This document shows positions 23,377 through 34,370 of a DNA stretch of 64,000 bases, in pieces. Each line of letters opens with the position of its first letter. Positions within the stretch are counted from its first letter, which is position 1. A program made the position numbers and the translations under genes. The DNA comes from Escherichia coli (GTDB lineage: Bacteria > Pseudomonadota > Gammaproteobacteria > Enterobacterales > Enterobacteriaceae): the NCBI RefSeq assembly GCF_036507355.1, contig NZ_AP027877.1. One strand, 5' to 3'. Below the pieces are notes generated by a model. It was given only the letters and a program-made list of their open reading frames with translations. It did not search any database and was not told the DNA's origin.

Positions 23377-24086
23377 AAATTGAATTAACGGTGAATGGGC
23401 TGAACGTGCAAGCGCAGTACCATGATGAAGAGATAGAACGCGTGCATAAACCGTTGCTGCGTATGCTGGCGGCCTTACAGACGGTAAATCCGCAGCGCCG
23501 AACCGTGGTTTTTCTTTGCGCTCCGCCGGGGACGGGTAAATCTACCCTAACCACCTTCTGGGAATATCTCGCGCAACAAGACCCGGAGCTGCCCGCTATT
23601 CAGACGCTCCCGATGGATGGTTTTCACCATTACAATAGCTGGCTGGATGCGCATCAATTGCGCCCCTTCAAAGGCGCACCAGAGACATTTGACGTTGCGA
23701 AACTGGCGGAAAATCTGCGCCAGGTCGTGGAAGGGGATTGTACGTGGCCGCAGTACGATCGACAAAAGCATGATCCTGTTGAAGATGCGTTGCACGTTAC
23801 CGCACCACTCGTCATCGTCGAAGGAAACTGGTTGTTGCTGGACGACGAGAAGTGGTGCCAGCTTGCGCAATTTTGTGATTTCTCGATCTTTATCAATGCG
23901 CCAGCTACTGCGTTGCGGGAACGACTGGTGGGGCGCAAGCTGGCGGGAGGGTTATCGCTGGCAGACGCAGAAGCTTTTTATGACCGTACCGACGGGCCGA
24001 ATGTTCGCCGGGTGCTGGAAGAGAGTCTGCCTGCTAATTTGACTTTAATGATGACCGCTACGGGTGAATATCGTCTGGTTGATTAA
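23373..24086 (+). CDS. yggC: P-loop kinase-like protein YggC
   Basis: 237-aa ORF MKIELTVNGLNVQAQYHDEEIERVHKPLLRMLAALQTVNPQRRTVVFLCAPPGTGKSTL... with Walker A; 3' end overlapped convergently by the following ATPase gene. Confidence 0.85.
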   Translation: MKIELTVNGLNVQAQYHDEEIERVHKPLLRMLAALQTVNPQRRTVVFLCAPPGTGKSTLTTFWEYLAQQDPELPAIQTLPMDGFHHYNSWLDAHQLRPFKGAPETFDVAKLAENLRQVVEGDCTWPQYDRQKHDPVEDALHVTAPLVIVEGNWLLLDDEKWCQLAQFCDFSIFINAPATALRERLVGRKLAGGLSLADAEAFYDRTDGPNVRRVLEESLPANLTLMMTATGEYRLVD

Positions 24087-24735
24087 CGTTCCTGATTAGA
24101 CCATCTTCCAGTCGCACCACACGAGAGAAATGACGCCGGGTAAATGCGGCGTCATGACTGATTGCTACGACGCTCGTGCCTCGCTGGCGGCACTTCTCCA
24201 GCCAGCTTTCAAACACGCTCAACCAATTTTCGTCAAAATCCCGACTCGGCTCGTCCAGCAGCAATAGTGGCGGAGAGAGTGCTTCCAGGCAGGCGACGGC
24301 GACCATCCGTCGCTGCGCACTATGCAGATCCAACGGATGCGCGCTGGCAGTGTCTGCTAACTGACAACATTGCAGGGCAGCATGGGTACGTTGAGTGATT
24401 TCATCCGCCGGGCATTTTTGCAGTTTCAAACCAAATGCGATCTCGTCGGCGACGGTGCTATGAAAAAGCTGGTTTTCCGCTTCCTGAAACAGTACGCCAA
24501 TCTTTGCCGCGCGCTGGCGGTTTTTCAGGTTTTTCATCGCCTGTTGTTGCAGCATAACCGTACCGGCTGTGGGCGTAAGAAGACCTGCCATTACTCGTAA
24601 CAGCGTCGATTTCCCTGCGCCATTGTCGCCGGTCAGCGCCAACCATTCACCTTGTTTGAGTTGCAGAGAAATGTCGCAAAGACAATCCGTTGCCGCGCCA
24701 GGCCAGCGATAAGATATCTGATTTAACGTTAACAT
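24058..24735 (-). CDS. ECF/CbiO-type ABC transporter ATPase, second subunit, degenerate signature motif
   Basis: ORF 24058-24768; likely start MLTLNQISYRW at 24735; Walker A GDNGAGKST, Walker B LLLLDEP, H-loop SHD, signature LSGGQ replaced by LHSAQ. Confidence 0.75.
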   Translation of the reverse strand: MLTLNQISYRWPGAATDCLCDISLQLKQGEWLALTGDNGAGKSTLLRVMAGLLTPTAGTVMLQQQAMKNLKNRQRAAKIGVLFQEAENQLFHSTVADEIAFGLKLQKCPADEITQRTHAALQCCQLADTASAHPLDLHSAQRRMVAVACLEALSPPLLLLDEPSRDFDENWLSVFESWLEKCRQRGTSVVAISHDAAFTRRHFSRVVRLEDGLIRNVNQPDDIHP

Positions 24736-25412
24736 AGTGGCTGGAGTGCTCCGTTTTGCAATTGCCACGCTTGCTGGCAGTAGTTCAGGAAAGGTGTGCG
24801 ATGACGTTCAAAAAGAATAATCAGCGAACCACGTTCAAACGCCCAGTGTTGTAAGCGCTGCAACAGCATTTCGCTGGCCTGCGGCGTCAGGCGGCTAAAG
24901 GCTTCATCAAGAATTAATAGCTTTGGCTGCATCGCGATGGCGCAGGCGATGACCACGCGCTGTGTCTCTCCACCGGAGAGTGTTGCCGGGTGACGATGGC
25001 GCAACGGCTGGCACTCGGTCAGAGTCAGGGCGGCATCAATCCGCGCCATAATCTCTGCTTCAGCAAGACACAGATTTTCTGGCCCAAAGGCAACTTCTTC
25101 TTCCACGCTAAAGGTACAGCCGGAGAGCTGCAAATAAGGCGATTGCTGGACGAGCTGGATGGTGGCGGATTGTTCATTAAGCGGGAGATGCCCAATGGGC
25201 GTACCGAGGAGCGTCCCCGTGCCTGTTATCTCTCCTGGCAGAAAGTCCGGATACCAGCCCGCCATCAGCTGTGCCAGCGTACTTTTGCCACTGCCGTTGT
25301 CACCAAAGATGGCGACCATCCCCGGTTTGACATAGTGAAAGTCATAACAGAACGGAGGATGCGTTGAGTGTGTCGGGCAATAACGGAACTGTTCTAACGT
25401 AACCATATCCAC
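24729..25412 (-). CDS. ECF/CbiO-type ABC transporter ATPase, first subunit
   Basis: 227-aa ORF MDMVTLEQFRYC...; Walker A GDNGSGKST, signature LSGGETQRV, Walker B LLILDEA; overlaps the next ATPase gene by 7 nt. Confidence 0.78.
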   Translation of the reverse strand: MDMVTLEQFRYCPTHSTHPPFCYDFHYVKPGMVAIFGDNGSGKSTLAQLMAGWYPDFLPGEITGTGTLLGTPIGHLPLNEQSATIQLVQQSPYLQLSGCTFSVEEEVAFGPENLCLAEAEIMARIDAALTLTECQPLRHRHPATLSGGETQRVVIACAIAMQPKLLILDEAFSRLTPQASEMLLQRLQHWAFERGSLIILFERHRTPFLNYCQQAWQLQNGALQPLC

Positions 25413-26101
25413 GCTCCGAATTCTGTCAGCATCAGCAAGATCATGGTGTAACGCGCTACGCGTTGTAGGGTGCTATCGGCTGGTGCCCACAACGTTGTTC
25501 GTCGGTTGTGGATCCGAAATGCCCGCATATCCAGCGCCGCACCACGGACAGCAAGATCGTTTAGCGCATTGTGTGTTAGCGGAATAATTAACGCGGACAT
25601 CGCACGTAAACGCTGATACCAGCCCTCATCCAGCGGCACGCCGCGGGCACGCTGCGCTTCATGAATAATCGCTAATTGCCGTTTTAACTGCTCAACGACC
25701 AATAACGGCCCGGCAAACAGATAAGCGACGCCTGGCGGCAGGCGAGAAGCAAACAGAGTGCGGATAAAACATTGCACGGGGACGTACTGCATCCACAACT
25801 GTGAGGTTGAAACAATCGCCAGAATCCGCAACCAGAGCGTAATAGCATGCGTCCAACGCTCCGGCGAACGCGGCGTGCCGCTTAGCCATTCTGTTAGCCA
25901 GCCACCGTGTACCAGCCACAGCCCGGCTCCCAGCGAGAACATCAGCCAGGCGACATATTTTGCCCGCCGCCGCGTGGCCTTTAGCGCAATAAGGCAAAAA
26001 AAGGTCGCCGCGCTATAGATCGGCAAAATGGTCTGCGCGGGCAGGATAAGCGTGGTGCAGGCCGCCAATGCCCATAGTGTTAATGAGGTAAATGGATGCA
26101 T
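25394..26101 (-). CDS. ECF transporter transmembrane T component (CbiQ/EcfT-like)
   Basis: 235-aa polytopic ORF MHPFTSLTLWALAACTTLILPAQ... with Arg-rich ...EAQRARGVPL... segment typical of EcfT; its ATG directly abuts the stop of the upstream gene. Confidence 0.7.
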   Translation of the reverse strand: MHPFTSLTLWALAACTTLILPAQTILPIYSAATFFCLIALKATRRRAKYVAWLMFSLGAGLWLVHGGWLTEWLSGTPRSPERWTHAITLWLRILAIVSTSQLWMQYVPVQCFIRTLFASRLPPGVAYLFAGPLLVVEQLKRQLAIIHEAQRARGVPLDEGWYQRLRAMSALIIPLTHNALNDLAVRGAALDMRAFRIHNRRTTLWAPADSTLQRVARYTMILLMLTEFGAWIWLR

Positions 26102-26680
26102 TTAGCGCACGGCAGCCATTGCCGGAAAATGGCGCGTGGTGCGAATCGGCAGCTGGCGCAGTAAAAGCCAGACAATCACCGCTGTAAGAGTTTTATCGAC
26201 CAGGTTCGCGCCTATCACCGTAATCGCCACCGACTCCACCAGGTTTTGCCCCATCGAGTGCATCCAGGCAACGAACAAATCGGCTCCGCTACCGGTGACA
26301 CCGCCGAACAGCGCAGTACGCAGCGGTACAGCGACGACCGTTACCGCAAGCGTAATAATCACGCCGCTGACAACGACTTTTGGTAGGGTGCGAAACCAAC
26401 CCGCTCGCGCCAGCCAACCGGCGACCAGGCCGATGACCATCGCGACGGGTGCAAATGCGGCGGCGATCGGGTCGGTCAGCAATCCCCAGAGTAAATTGGT
26501 CAGTAAGCCGGTCAGCATTCCGATCACCGGACCAAGCAGTACCGCGCTAATAAGTGTGCCGATGGAGTCGAGAAATATAGGTAATTTGACCATGCTGGCC
26601 AGTTGCCCGCCGATCATATTGATGGCGATAGATATAACGATCAACACCAGTGCCTGACTGGAAAAGTGGCTACGCGCCAT
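26102..26680 (-). CDS. ECF transporter substrate-capture S component (predicted)
   Basis: ORF 26102-26779; likely start MARSHFSSQALVLIVISIAINMIGGQLASMVKLPIFLDSIGTLISAVLLGP... at 26680; about 6 TM helices; resembles ThiW/YkoE-type S components; substrate unknown. Confidence 0.6.
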   Translation of the reverse strand: MARSHFSSQALVLIVISIAINMIGGQLASMVKLPIFLDSIGTLISAVLLGPVIGMLTGLLTNLLWGLLTDPIAAAFAPVAMVIGLVAGWLARAGWFRTLPKVVVSGVIITLAVTVVAVPLRTALFGGVTGSGADLFVAWMHSMGQNLVESVAITVIGANLVDKTLTAVIVWLLLRQLPIRTTRHFPAMAAVR

Positions 26681-26702
26681 AAGAAAACCTCTCTGAAAGT
26701 AG

Positions 26703-27134
26703 TTATTTAACGGGGGAAATATGCAACTCGTCGTAACCAGAAAGCGCGCAAGGTTGGCGGCTAAACGCCAGTTCCTCAAAGCTACCGATCACCAGTTCAA
26801 GCGTGGTCCGCACGGTACAGCCGGGCATCATATGACCGCCAAGCATCGTGCCGTGTGGATCGGAAACGCAGAGATGAAGATGCTCACCACTCTGTTCCAA
26901 CGTGCCGTTTAGTGAGATCACTTCGAATGTACCGTTCAGGAGCGTGGTGCCTTCTTGCCCGGCATAGCGCAAGGCGATGTCAGTCAGGCTACCGGTACAG
27001 CCTGCAATCCAGGCGGCATGAAGTTGCTGCTGCTGTGCAAAAGCGTGTAGCTGGGAAAAAACTTCCTGCCCGGGGAGGAGGCGCAGTGCGTAAAAGCGTG
27101 CGGAGGAAGAATATGGGTAGGGCAATGTCATCAT
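26703..27134 (-). CDS. DUF296 / PPC-domain protein (143 aa), first gene of the ECF operon
   Basis: ORF MMTLPYPYSSSARFYALRLLPGQEVFSQLHAF...GEHLHLCVSDPHGTMLGGHMMPGCTVRTTLELVIGSF... fits the PPC/DUF296 pattern. Confidence 0.65.
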   Translation of the reverse strand: MMTLPYPYSSSARFYALRLLPGQEVFSQLHAFAQQQQLHAAWIAGCTGSLTDIALRYAGQEGTTLLNGTFEVISLNGTLEQSGEHLHLCVSDPHGTMLGGHMMPGCTVRTTLELVIGSFEELAFSRQPCALSGYDELHISPVK

Positions 27135-27262
27135 TGGAGTACTCCGAAACTCGGACGTATTGCGGATAATATCGACGCTGCATCAGTCATATTCTGATAT
27201 AAGTCAGGGTTTGTGACGGCACAACGAAAAGATTTTGCTACGCTTATTCGTGATTCTGCAAA

Positions 27263-27278
27263 GTGGAATAAATTCCAC
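27263..27278. promoter_or_regulatory. inverted repeat GTGGAAT-AA-ATTCCAC in the divergent ECF-operon / epd intergenic region (possible operator)
   Basis: 7-bp arms with 2-bp spacer; a second ATTCCAC half-site lies at about 27349-27355; binding factor unknown. Confidence 0.25.
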
Positions 27279-27505
27279 AGGGGCGGGGCTGAAAACGTGA
27301 CGTAAGTCAGATAATTGTTTTCTTTGACTGGACAATCATTCCTTTTATTCCACGTTTCGCTTATCCTAGCTGAAGCGTTTCAGTCGATTAAATGTTCGAC
27401 AATTAACCAATCAGTCGCAGTTTGCGACAGGTAAGGTTTCCCCGGACGATTTGCTGGATTACTCTGTCTGGCAAATTTGCTCAGGGAAAACCTTGCAGGA
27501 GATCT

Positions 27506-28525
27506 ATGACCGTACGCGTAGCGATAAATGGCTTCGGTCGCATCGGGCGTAATGTGGTTCGTGCTTTGTATGAATCCGGACGCCGGGCGGAAATTACCGT
27601 GGTGGCAATCAACGAACTGGCGGATGCTGCGGGCATGGCGCATTTGTTGAAATATGACACCAGCCATGGCCGTTTTGCATGGGAAGTACGACAGGAACGC
27701 GATCAACTTTTTGTTGGTGATGACGCCATCCGCGTATTGCATGAACGTTCACTGCAATCGCTCCCCTGGCGTGAACTTGGCGTTGATGTAGTCCTCGACT
27801 GCACCGGCGTATATGGCTCCCGCGAGCATGGCGAAGCGCATATTGCCGCCGGGGCCAAAAAAGTGCTCTTTTCACATCCTGGCAGTAACGATCTCGACGC
27901 GACCGTTGTTTACGGCGTCAATCAGGATCAACTTCGTGCGGAACACCGCATCGTTTCTAACGCTTCCTGTACCACGAATTGCATAATTCCCGTCATCAAA
28001 TTGTTAGATGATGCGTACGGTATTGAGTCCGGCACTGTGACCACAATTCACTCCGCCATGCACGATCAACAGGTTATTGATGCATACCATCCTGACCTGC
28101 GTCGCACCCGGGCAGCCAGCCAGTCGATCATTCCGGTCGATACTAAACTGGCCGCCGGTATCACACGATTTTTTCCGCAATTTAACGATCGCTTTGAAGC
28201 GATTGCGGTACGTGTGCCAACCATAAATGTGACGGCAATCGATTTAAGCGTGACGGTGAAGAAACCTGTAAAAGCCAATGAAGTCAACCTGTTGCTGCAA
28301 AAAGCAGCACAAGGTGCATTTCATGGTATAGTTGACTATACGGAATTGCCGTTGGTCTCTGTAGATTTTAACCACGATCCGCACAGTGCCATTGTCGATG
28401 GCACCCAAACCCGGGTCAGTGGCGCACACCTGATCAAAACGTTGGTCTGGTGCGATAACGAATGGGGCTTTGCTAACCGAATGCTCGACACGACGTTAGC
28501 TATGGCTACTGTTGCTTTCAGGTAA
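27506..28525 (+). CDS. epd: D-erythrose-4-phosphate dehydrogenase
   Basis: ORF 27422-28525; start at ATG 27506 gives the 339-aa product [55 protein letters not shown]... Confidence 0.95.
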
Positions 28526-28574
28526 GACGCAAGCAGCGTCTGCAAAACTTTTAGAATCAACGAGAGGATTCACC

Positions 28575-29738
28575 ATGTCTGTAATTAAGATGACCGATCT
28601 GGATCTTGCTGGGAAACGTGTATTTATCCGTGCGGATCTGAACGTACCAGTAAAAGACGGGAAAGTAACCAGCGACGCGCGTATCCGTGCTTCTCTGCCG
28701 ACCATCGAACTGGCCCTGAAACAAGGCGCAAAAGTGATGGTAACTTCCCACCTGGGTCGTCCTACCGAAGGCGAGTACAACGAAGAATTCTCTCTGCTGC
28801 CGGTTGTTAACTACCTGAAAGACAAACTGTCTAACCCGGTTCGTCTGGTTAAAGATTACCTCGACGGCGTTGACGTTGCTGAAGGTGAACTGGTTGTTCT
28901 GGAAAACGTTCGCTTCAACAAAGGCGAGAAGAAAGACGACGAAACCCTGTCCAAAAAATACGCTGCACTGTGTGACGTGTTCGTAATGGACGCATTCGGT
29001 ACTGCTCACCGCGCGCAGGCTTCTACTCACGGTATCGGTAAATTCGCTGACGTTGCGTGCGCAGGCCCGCTGCTGGCAGCTGAACTGGACGCGCTGGGTA
29101 AAGCACTGAAAGAACCTGCTCGCCCGATGGTGGCTATCGTTGGTGGTTCTAAAGTATCTACCAAACTGACCGTTCTGGACTCCCTGTCTAAAATCGCTGA
29201 CCAGCTGATTGTTGGTGGTGGTATCGCTAACACCTTTATCGCGGCACAAGGCCACGATGTGGGTAAATCCCTGTACGAAGCTGACCTGGTTGACGAAGCT
29301 AAACGTCTGCTGACCACCTGCAACATCCCGGTTCCGTCTGATGTTCGCGTAGCAACCGAGTTCTCTGAAACTGCACCGGCTACCCTGAAATCTGTTAACG
29401 ATGTGAAAGCTGACGAGCAGATCCTGGATATCGGTGATGCTTCCGCTCAGGAACTGGCTGAAATCCTGAAGAATGCGAAAACCATTCTGTGGAACGGTCC
29501 GGTTGGCGTGTTCGAATTCCCGAACTTCCGCAAAGGTACTGAAATCGTGGCTAACGCTATCGCAGACAGCGAAGCGTTCTCCATCGCTGGCGGCGGCGAC
29601 ACTCTGGCAGCAATCGACCTGTTCGGCATTGCTGACAAAATCTCCTACATCTCCACTGGCGGCGGCGCATTCCTCGAATTCGTGGAAGGTAAAGTACTGC
29701 CTGCAGTAGCGATGCTCGAAGAGCGCGCTAAGAAGTAA
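28575..29738 (+). CDS. pgk: phosphoglycerate kinase
   Basis: ORF 28512-29738; start at ATG 28575 gives the 387-aa product [56 protein letters not shown]... Confidence 0.96.
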
Positions 29739-29952
29739 AAAATCACAGGGCAGGGAAACCTGCCCTTGTTTCAGCGCGCTTTTAGAGCACGCATTTTTTC
29801 ATACTCTAAATAATTCGAGTTGCAGGAAGGCGACAAGAGAGTGAATCTCCAGGAGCTTACATAAGTAAGTGACTGGGGTGAGCGAACGCAGACGCAGCAC
29901 ATGCAACTTGAAGTATGACGAGTATAAGGCCCGACGATACAGGACAAGAGAC

Positions 29953-31032
29953 ATGTCTAAGATTTTTGATTTCGTAAAACCTGGCGTAATCACTGGTGAT
30001 GACGTACAGAAAGTTTTCCAGGTAGCAAAAGAAAACAACTTCGCACTGCCAGCAGTAAACTGCGTCGGTACTGACTCCATCAACGCCGTACTGGAAACCG
30101 CTGCTAAAGTTAAAGCGCCGGTTATCGTTCAGTTCTCCAACGGTGGTGCTTCCTTTATCGCTGGTAAAGGCGTGAAATCTGACGTTCCGCAGGGTGCTGC
30201 TATCCTGGGCGCGATCTCTGGTGCGCATCACGTTCACCAGATGGCTGAACATTATGGTGTTCCGGTTATCCTGCACACTGACCACTGCGCGAAGAAACTG
30301 CTGCCGTGGATCGACGGTCTGCTGGACGCGGGTGAAAAACACTTCGCTGCTACCGGCAAGCCGCTGTTCTCTTCTCACATGATCGACCTGTCTGAAGAAT
30401 CTCTGCAAGAGAACATCGAAATCTGCTCTAAATACCTGGAGCGCATGTCCAAAATCGGCATGACTCTGGAAATCGAACTTGGTTGCACCGGTGGTGAAGA
30501 AGACGGCGTGGACAACAGCCACATGGACGCTTCTGCACTGTACACCCAGCCGGAAGACGTTGATTACGCATACACCGAGCTGAGCAAAATCAGCCCGCGT
30601 TTCACCATCGCAGCTTCCTTCGGTAACGTACACGGTGTTTACAAGCCGGGTAACGTGGTTCTGACTCCGACCATCCTGCGTGATTCTCAGGAATATGTTT
30701 CTAAGAAACACAACCTGCCGCACAACAGCCTGAACTTCGTATTCCACGGTGGTTCCGGTTCTACTGCTCAGGAAATCAAAGACTCCGTAAGCTACGGCGT
30801 AGTGAAAATGAACATCGATACCGATACCCAATGGGCAACTTGGGAAGGCGTTCTGAACTACTACAAAGCGAACGAAGCTTATCTGCAGGGTCAGCTGGGT
30901 AACCCGAAAGGCGAAGATCAGCCGAACAAGAAATACTACGATCCGCGCGTATGGCTGCGTGCCGGTCAGACTTCGATGATCGCTCGTCTGGAAAAAGCAT
31001 TCCAGGAACTGAACGCGATCGACGTTCTGTAA
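29953..31032 (+). CDS. fbaA: class II fructose-bisphosphate aldolase
   Basis: ORF 29869-31032; start at ATG 29953 gives the 359-aa product MSKIFDFVKPGVITGDDVQKVFQVAKENNFALPAVNCVGTDSINAVLETAAKVK... Confidence 0.96.
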   Translation: MSKIFDFVKPGVITGDDVQKVFQVAKENNFALPAVNCVGTDSINAVLETAAKVKAPVIVQFSNGGASFIAGKGVKSDVPQGAAILGAISGAHHVHQMAEHYGVPVILHTDHCAKKLLPWIDGLLDAGEKHFAATGKPLFSSHMIDLSEESLQENIEICSKYLERMSKIGMTLEIELGCTGGEEDGVDNSHMDASALYTQPEDVDYAYTELSKISPRFTIAASFGNVHGVYKPGNVVLTPTILRDSQEYVSKKHNLPHNSLNFVFHGGSGSTAQEIKDSVSYGVVKMNIDTDTQWATWEGVLNYYKANEAYLQGQLGNPKGEDQPNKKYYDPRVWLRAGQTSMIARLEKAFQELNAIDVL

Positions 31033-31055
31033 GTCATTCCTTTCTGCTTATCTCA

Positions 31056-31081
31056 AGGCCCGCTCTGCGGGTCTTTTTTTC
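31056..31081 (+). terminator. rho-independent terminator downstream of fbaA
   Basis: Hairpin GGCCCGCTCTGCGGGTC followed by TTTTTTT. Confidence 0.6.
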
Positions 31082-31222
31082 GCCAAAAGCAAGGTGATAC
31101 AGATGAGAAATCTGTGATCTATTTGGCAAAATTATGCTTTATTGTTTACCCTTGTCAGACTGCCCGTCATAAGGCGGCGGAGTGTATTTCTCCATTTTGA
31201 GTCAGTTGAAAAGGAATATTGA

Positions 31223-32098
<876 letters not shown>

Positions 32099-32139
32099 TC
32101 ATGTGAAGCGCCCATGAAATTCATGGGCGCACTACCAAT

Positions 32140-33183
32140 TTAACGCATTGTTTCATCAAGTATATTGGCAACTTTTTGCATGACTTCCCCGGCATTATCC
32201 ACGCCTTCAGTTTTTTGCTGTTCTACCCACTGCGTTTGCTCTTGCTGATAACCAATCGCTTTCTGCCAGGCGTCCAGCTCTGATTTTTTCAAATAGCGAA
32301 CCTGTGCACCTTCCTGCTCAAGCGTTTTTACCATGCTGATCAGGTTGTTATCTAATGCCTTGCCCAGCGCTTTCTCGGTTGTAATGGCCGCTCGTTGAAT
32401 AGCCTCACGATCTCTGTTATCAAGGTTTTCCCACGTTTGTTTATTCATTACCAACAGATAAACATGACCAAGCCAGAGCGAAGGGGAGAGCAACACATTC
32501 GGCGCAGCACGTTCAGCATGGATGTCATATCCGCTATCAAGATTGACCATTAAGCCATCGAGTTGTCCGTCGCGGAGTGCTGTCGTAATTTGCTCATTCC
32601 ACGGTAAGGTTACGGTTTTTGCCCCCGTATGAGTTAAATAAGCCCGGTGCCAGAAACTGGCTGTTCGCCAGGTGGTTCCCTGAAGTGCAGTCAATTTATC
32701 AATGGGCCTGGTAGAGAAAAAGCCTACCGGGTAGCCAAGGAAAAACTGTAAATTCACGATATTGTTACGCTCAAGTTCAGCGTTAAACTCGGGAATTTCC
32801 GCATATACGCGACGAAAGAATTCTACCTGACTGGCTCCATGATCCGGGCCAATAGCAAAGCTCTTGAAGATTTGATGAAGCGGTAATTGTTTCGCTGTGT
32901 ATTCCGGTACCACTATACCCATATCAGCTTTGCTACCATCACTTATTGTCGTCAGAGCGTCATAGCTGATGGCGGTTTCACCGTTCCAGTGTGGTTCGAT
33001 TTTCAAACGCCCCTGCGACTCTTTTTCAATTTCTGCAAAAAATATCTCTTTAATTATTTGTGTACGCATTCCCCCGTAGGGTTCATGGTCTGTATAACGA
33101 AGAATTTTTTCAGCGGCAACGTTGTGGGAAGATATCAGAAGTAATCCTGATACCAGAGAAAGTAAAAAGTGTTTGAATGTCAT
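32140..33183 (-). CDS. periplasmic solute-binding protein, DctP/TRAP-like, no DctQ/DctM partner nearby
   Basis: ORF 32140-33216; likely start MTFKHFLLSLVSGLLLISSHNVAAEK at 33183 (signal peptide); mature part resembles DctP-family binding proteins; no permease genes adjacent. Confidence 0.6.
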   Translation of the reverse strand: MTFKHFLLSLVSGLLLISSHNVAAEKILRYTDHEPYGGMRTQIIKEIFFAEIEKESQGRLKIEPHWNGETAISYDALTTISDGSKADMGIVVPEYTAKQLPLHQIFKSFAIGPDHGASQVEFFRRVYAEIPEFNAELERNNIVNLQFFLGYPVGFFSTRPIDKLTALQGTTWRTASFWHRAYLTHTGAKTVTLPWNEQITTALRDGQLDGLMVNLDSGYDIHAERAAPNVLLSPSLWLGHVYLLVMNKQTWENLDNRDREAIQRAAITTEKALGKALDNNLISMVKTLEQEGAQVRYLKKSELDAWQKAIGYQQEQTQWVEQQKTEGVDNAGEVMQKVANILDETMR

Positions 33184-33237
33184 CTCAGTTCCATCTGTAA
33201 TTTTATTGGTCGTCATTAATATTAAAAACCGTGAACT

Positions 33238-34167
33238 TTAACAACTAAAATCGAACTTCATATTTTTAAAGTCCAGCCACGCATTGCCAGTACCAAAATT
33301 ATACCCGCCGAAGTATTCTTCAAATTCAATATAAAAAGGTGACATTCCATCTGATATAGATTGAAATGGAACCATTGAACCACCGAGATGATCGGGTTGA
33401 TGTGCACTATGCCACTGGTGAGTTTCACATTTACTCTTTCCCTCTGCATCTTTAGAAAAATAACGAATGGACTGATATTCCGTATTATTTCTTTCTGTGG
33501 GGCTAATTCCCGCATTAGGATCAAAAGCGCGCGGCTTACATGAAATCGCCAGATTGAAAGCCAGCGACTGCTCAGGAATGGTGCCCATTTTACGGTATAC
33601 AAAATTGCTTTCAGGCGTATCTTTTGGTCTGACGCTTGCCTGAAAATAACTAAACGCACTGCCGGTGGTCATCCATTCTGGTGTATCTTGCTGGTTGCGA
33701 TAGTGATTAGGTATAAGTTCAGGCGGTTCACAAAATGGGCCGTTGAACTCTTGCTGGGTGAGTAAAATCACCGCATAAGAACAACCTAATATATCTTCCA
33801 TCCGAAATAGCCGTGGATGTCGTTGCTTTTCTGCCAGCCAGAAAACATAAAGGTCTGGATCTTCGGGGGGGTTGCAGGACTCGAAACTCTCAAACACATC
33901 CAATATTTCTTCTGTACATGGTGTTCCGCCATCGTTGTGCTCGGGCGCAACAGCAAAGAAAGATAACGCGACAATCTCTGGCCCATAAATCCGATAATCT
34001 TCTGGCAACAATAGGGTAAATCCATGATTCAATGGGAAACCATTATTTGGATCCAGCGGCCACTGTTCGGGCGTTATGCCTGGCGGTAGGCCAAAGCACC
34101 AACCTTGTTGGCGCGGTATATTTTCGCGAATAGGATGGGGCAAGAGGGTAAGATCATAAGCATGCAT
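33238..34167 (-). CDS. hypothetical cytoplasmic protein, DUF1963/YwqG-like (309 aa)
   Basis: ORF MHAYDLTLLPHPIRENIPRQQGWCFGLPPGITPEQWPLDPNNGFPLNHGFTLLLPEDY... ending ...HLGGSMVPFQSISDGMSPFYIEFEEYFGGYNFGTGNAWLDF; both ends resemble DUF1963 motifs; assignment from memory only. Confidence 0.55.
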   Translation of the reverse strand: MHAYDLTLLPHPIRENIPRQQGWCFGLPPGITPEQWPLDPNNGFPLNHGFTLLLPEDYRIYGPEIVALSFFAVAPEHNDGGTPCTEEILDVFESFESCNPPEDPDLYVFWLAEKQRHPRLFRMEDILGCSYAVILLTQQEFNGPFCEPPELIPNHYRNQQDTPEWMTTGSAFSYFQASVRPKDTPESNFVYRKMGTIPEQSLAFNLAISCKPRAFDPNAGISPTERNNTEYQSIRYFSKDAEGKSKCETHQWHSAHQPDHLGGSMVPFQSISDGMSPFYIEFEEYFGGYNFGTGNAWLDFKNMKFDFSC

Positions 34168-34370
34168 TGTGTGAGTCCTTTATAAAGCGAGGCCGTAATG
34201 GCCGTAGCACGATTCCTGTGAGCGATATTGTTATCCAAAAAATAGCCACGCATCCTGACTGTTCGTTTTTTTATTAATATTATTAATATGCTATTAAAAA
34301 TATCCATTTCCGCTAATGATGCTCACACGCTATAGTCTGCAAATCAGATAATTAGCTCGGAATAAATTAC

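Noticed and set aside
27135-27505. Possible TPP or other riboswitch upstream of the ECF operon
   Set aside because: No CTGAGA-type TPP motif or other conserved riboswitch core found on the operon strand; only the short inverted repeat is reported.
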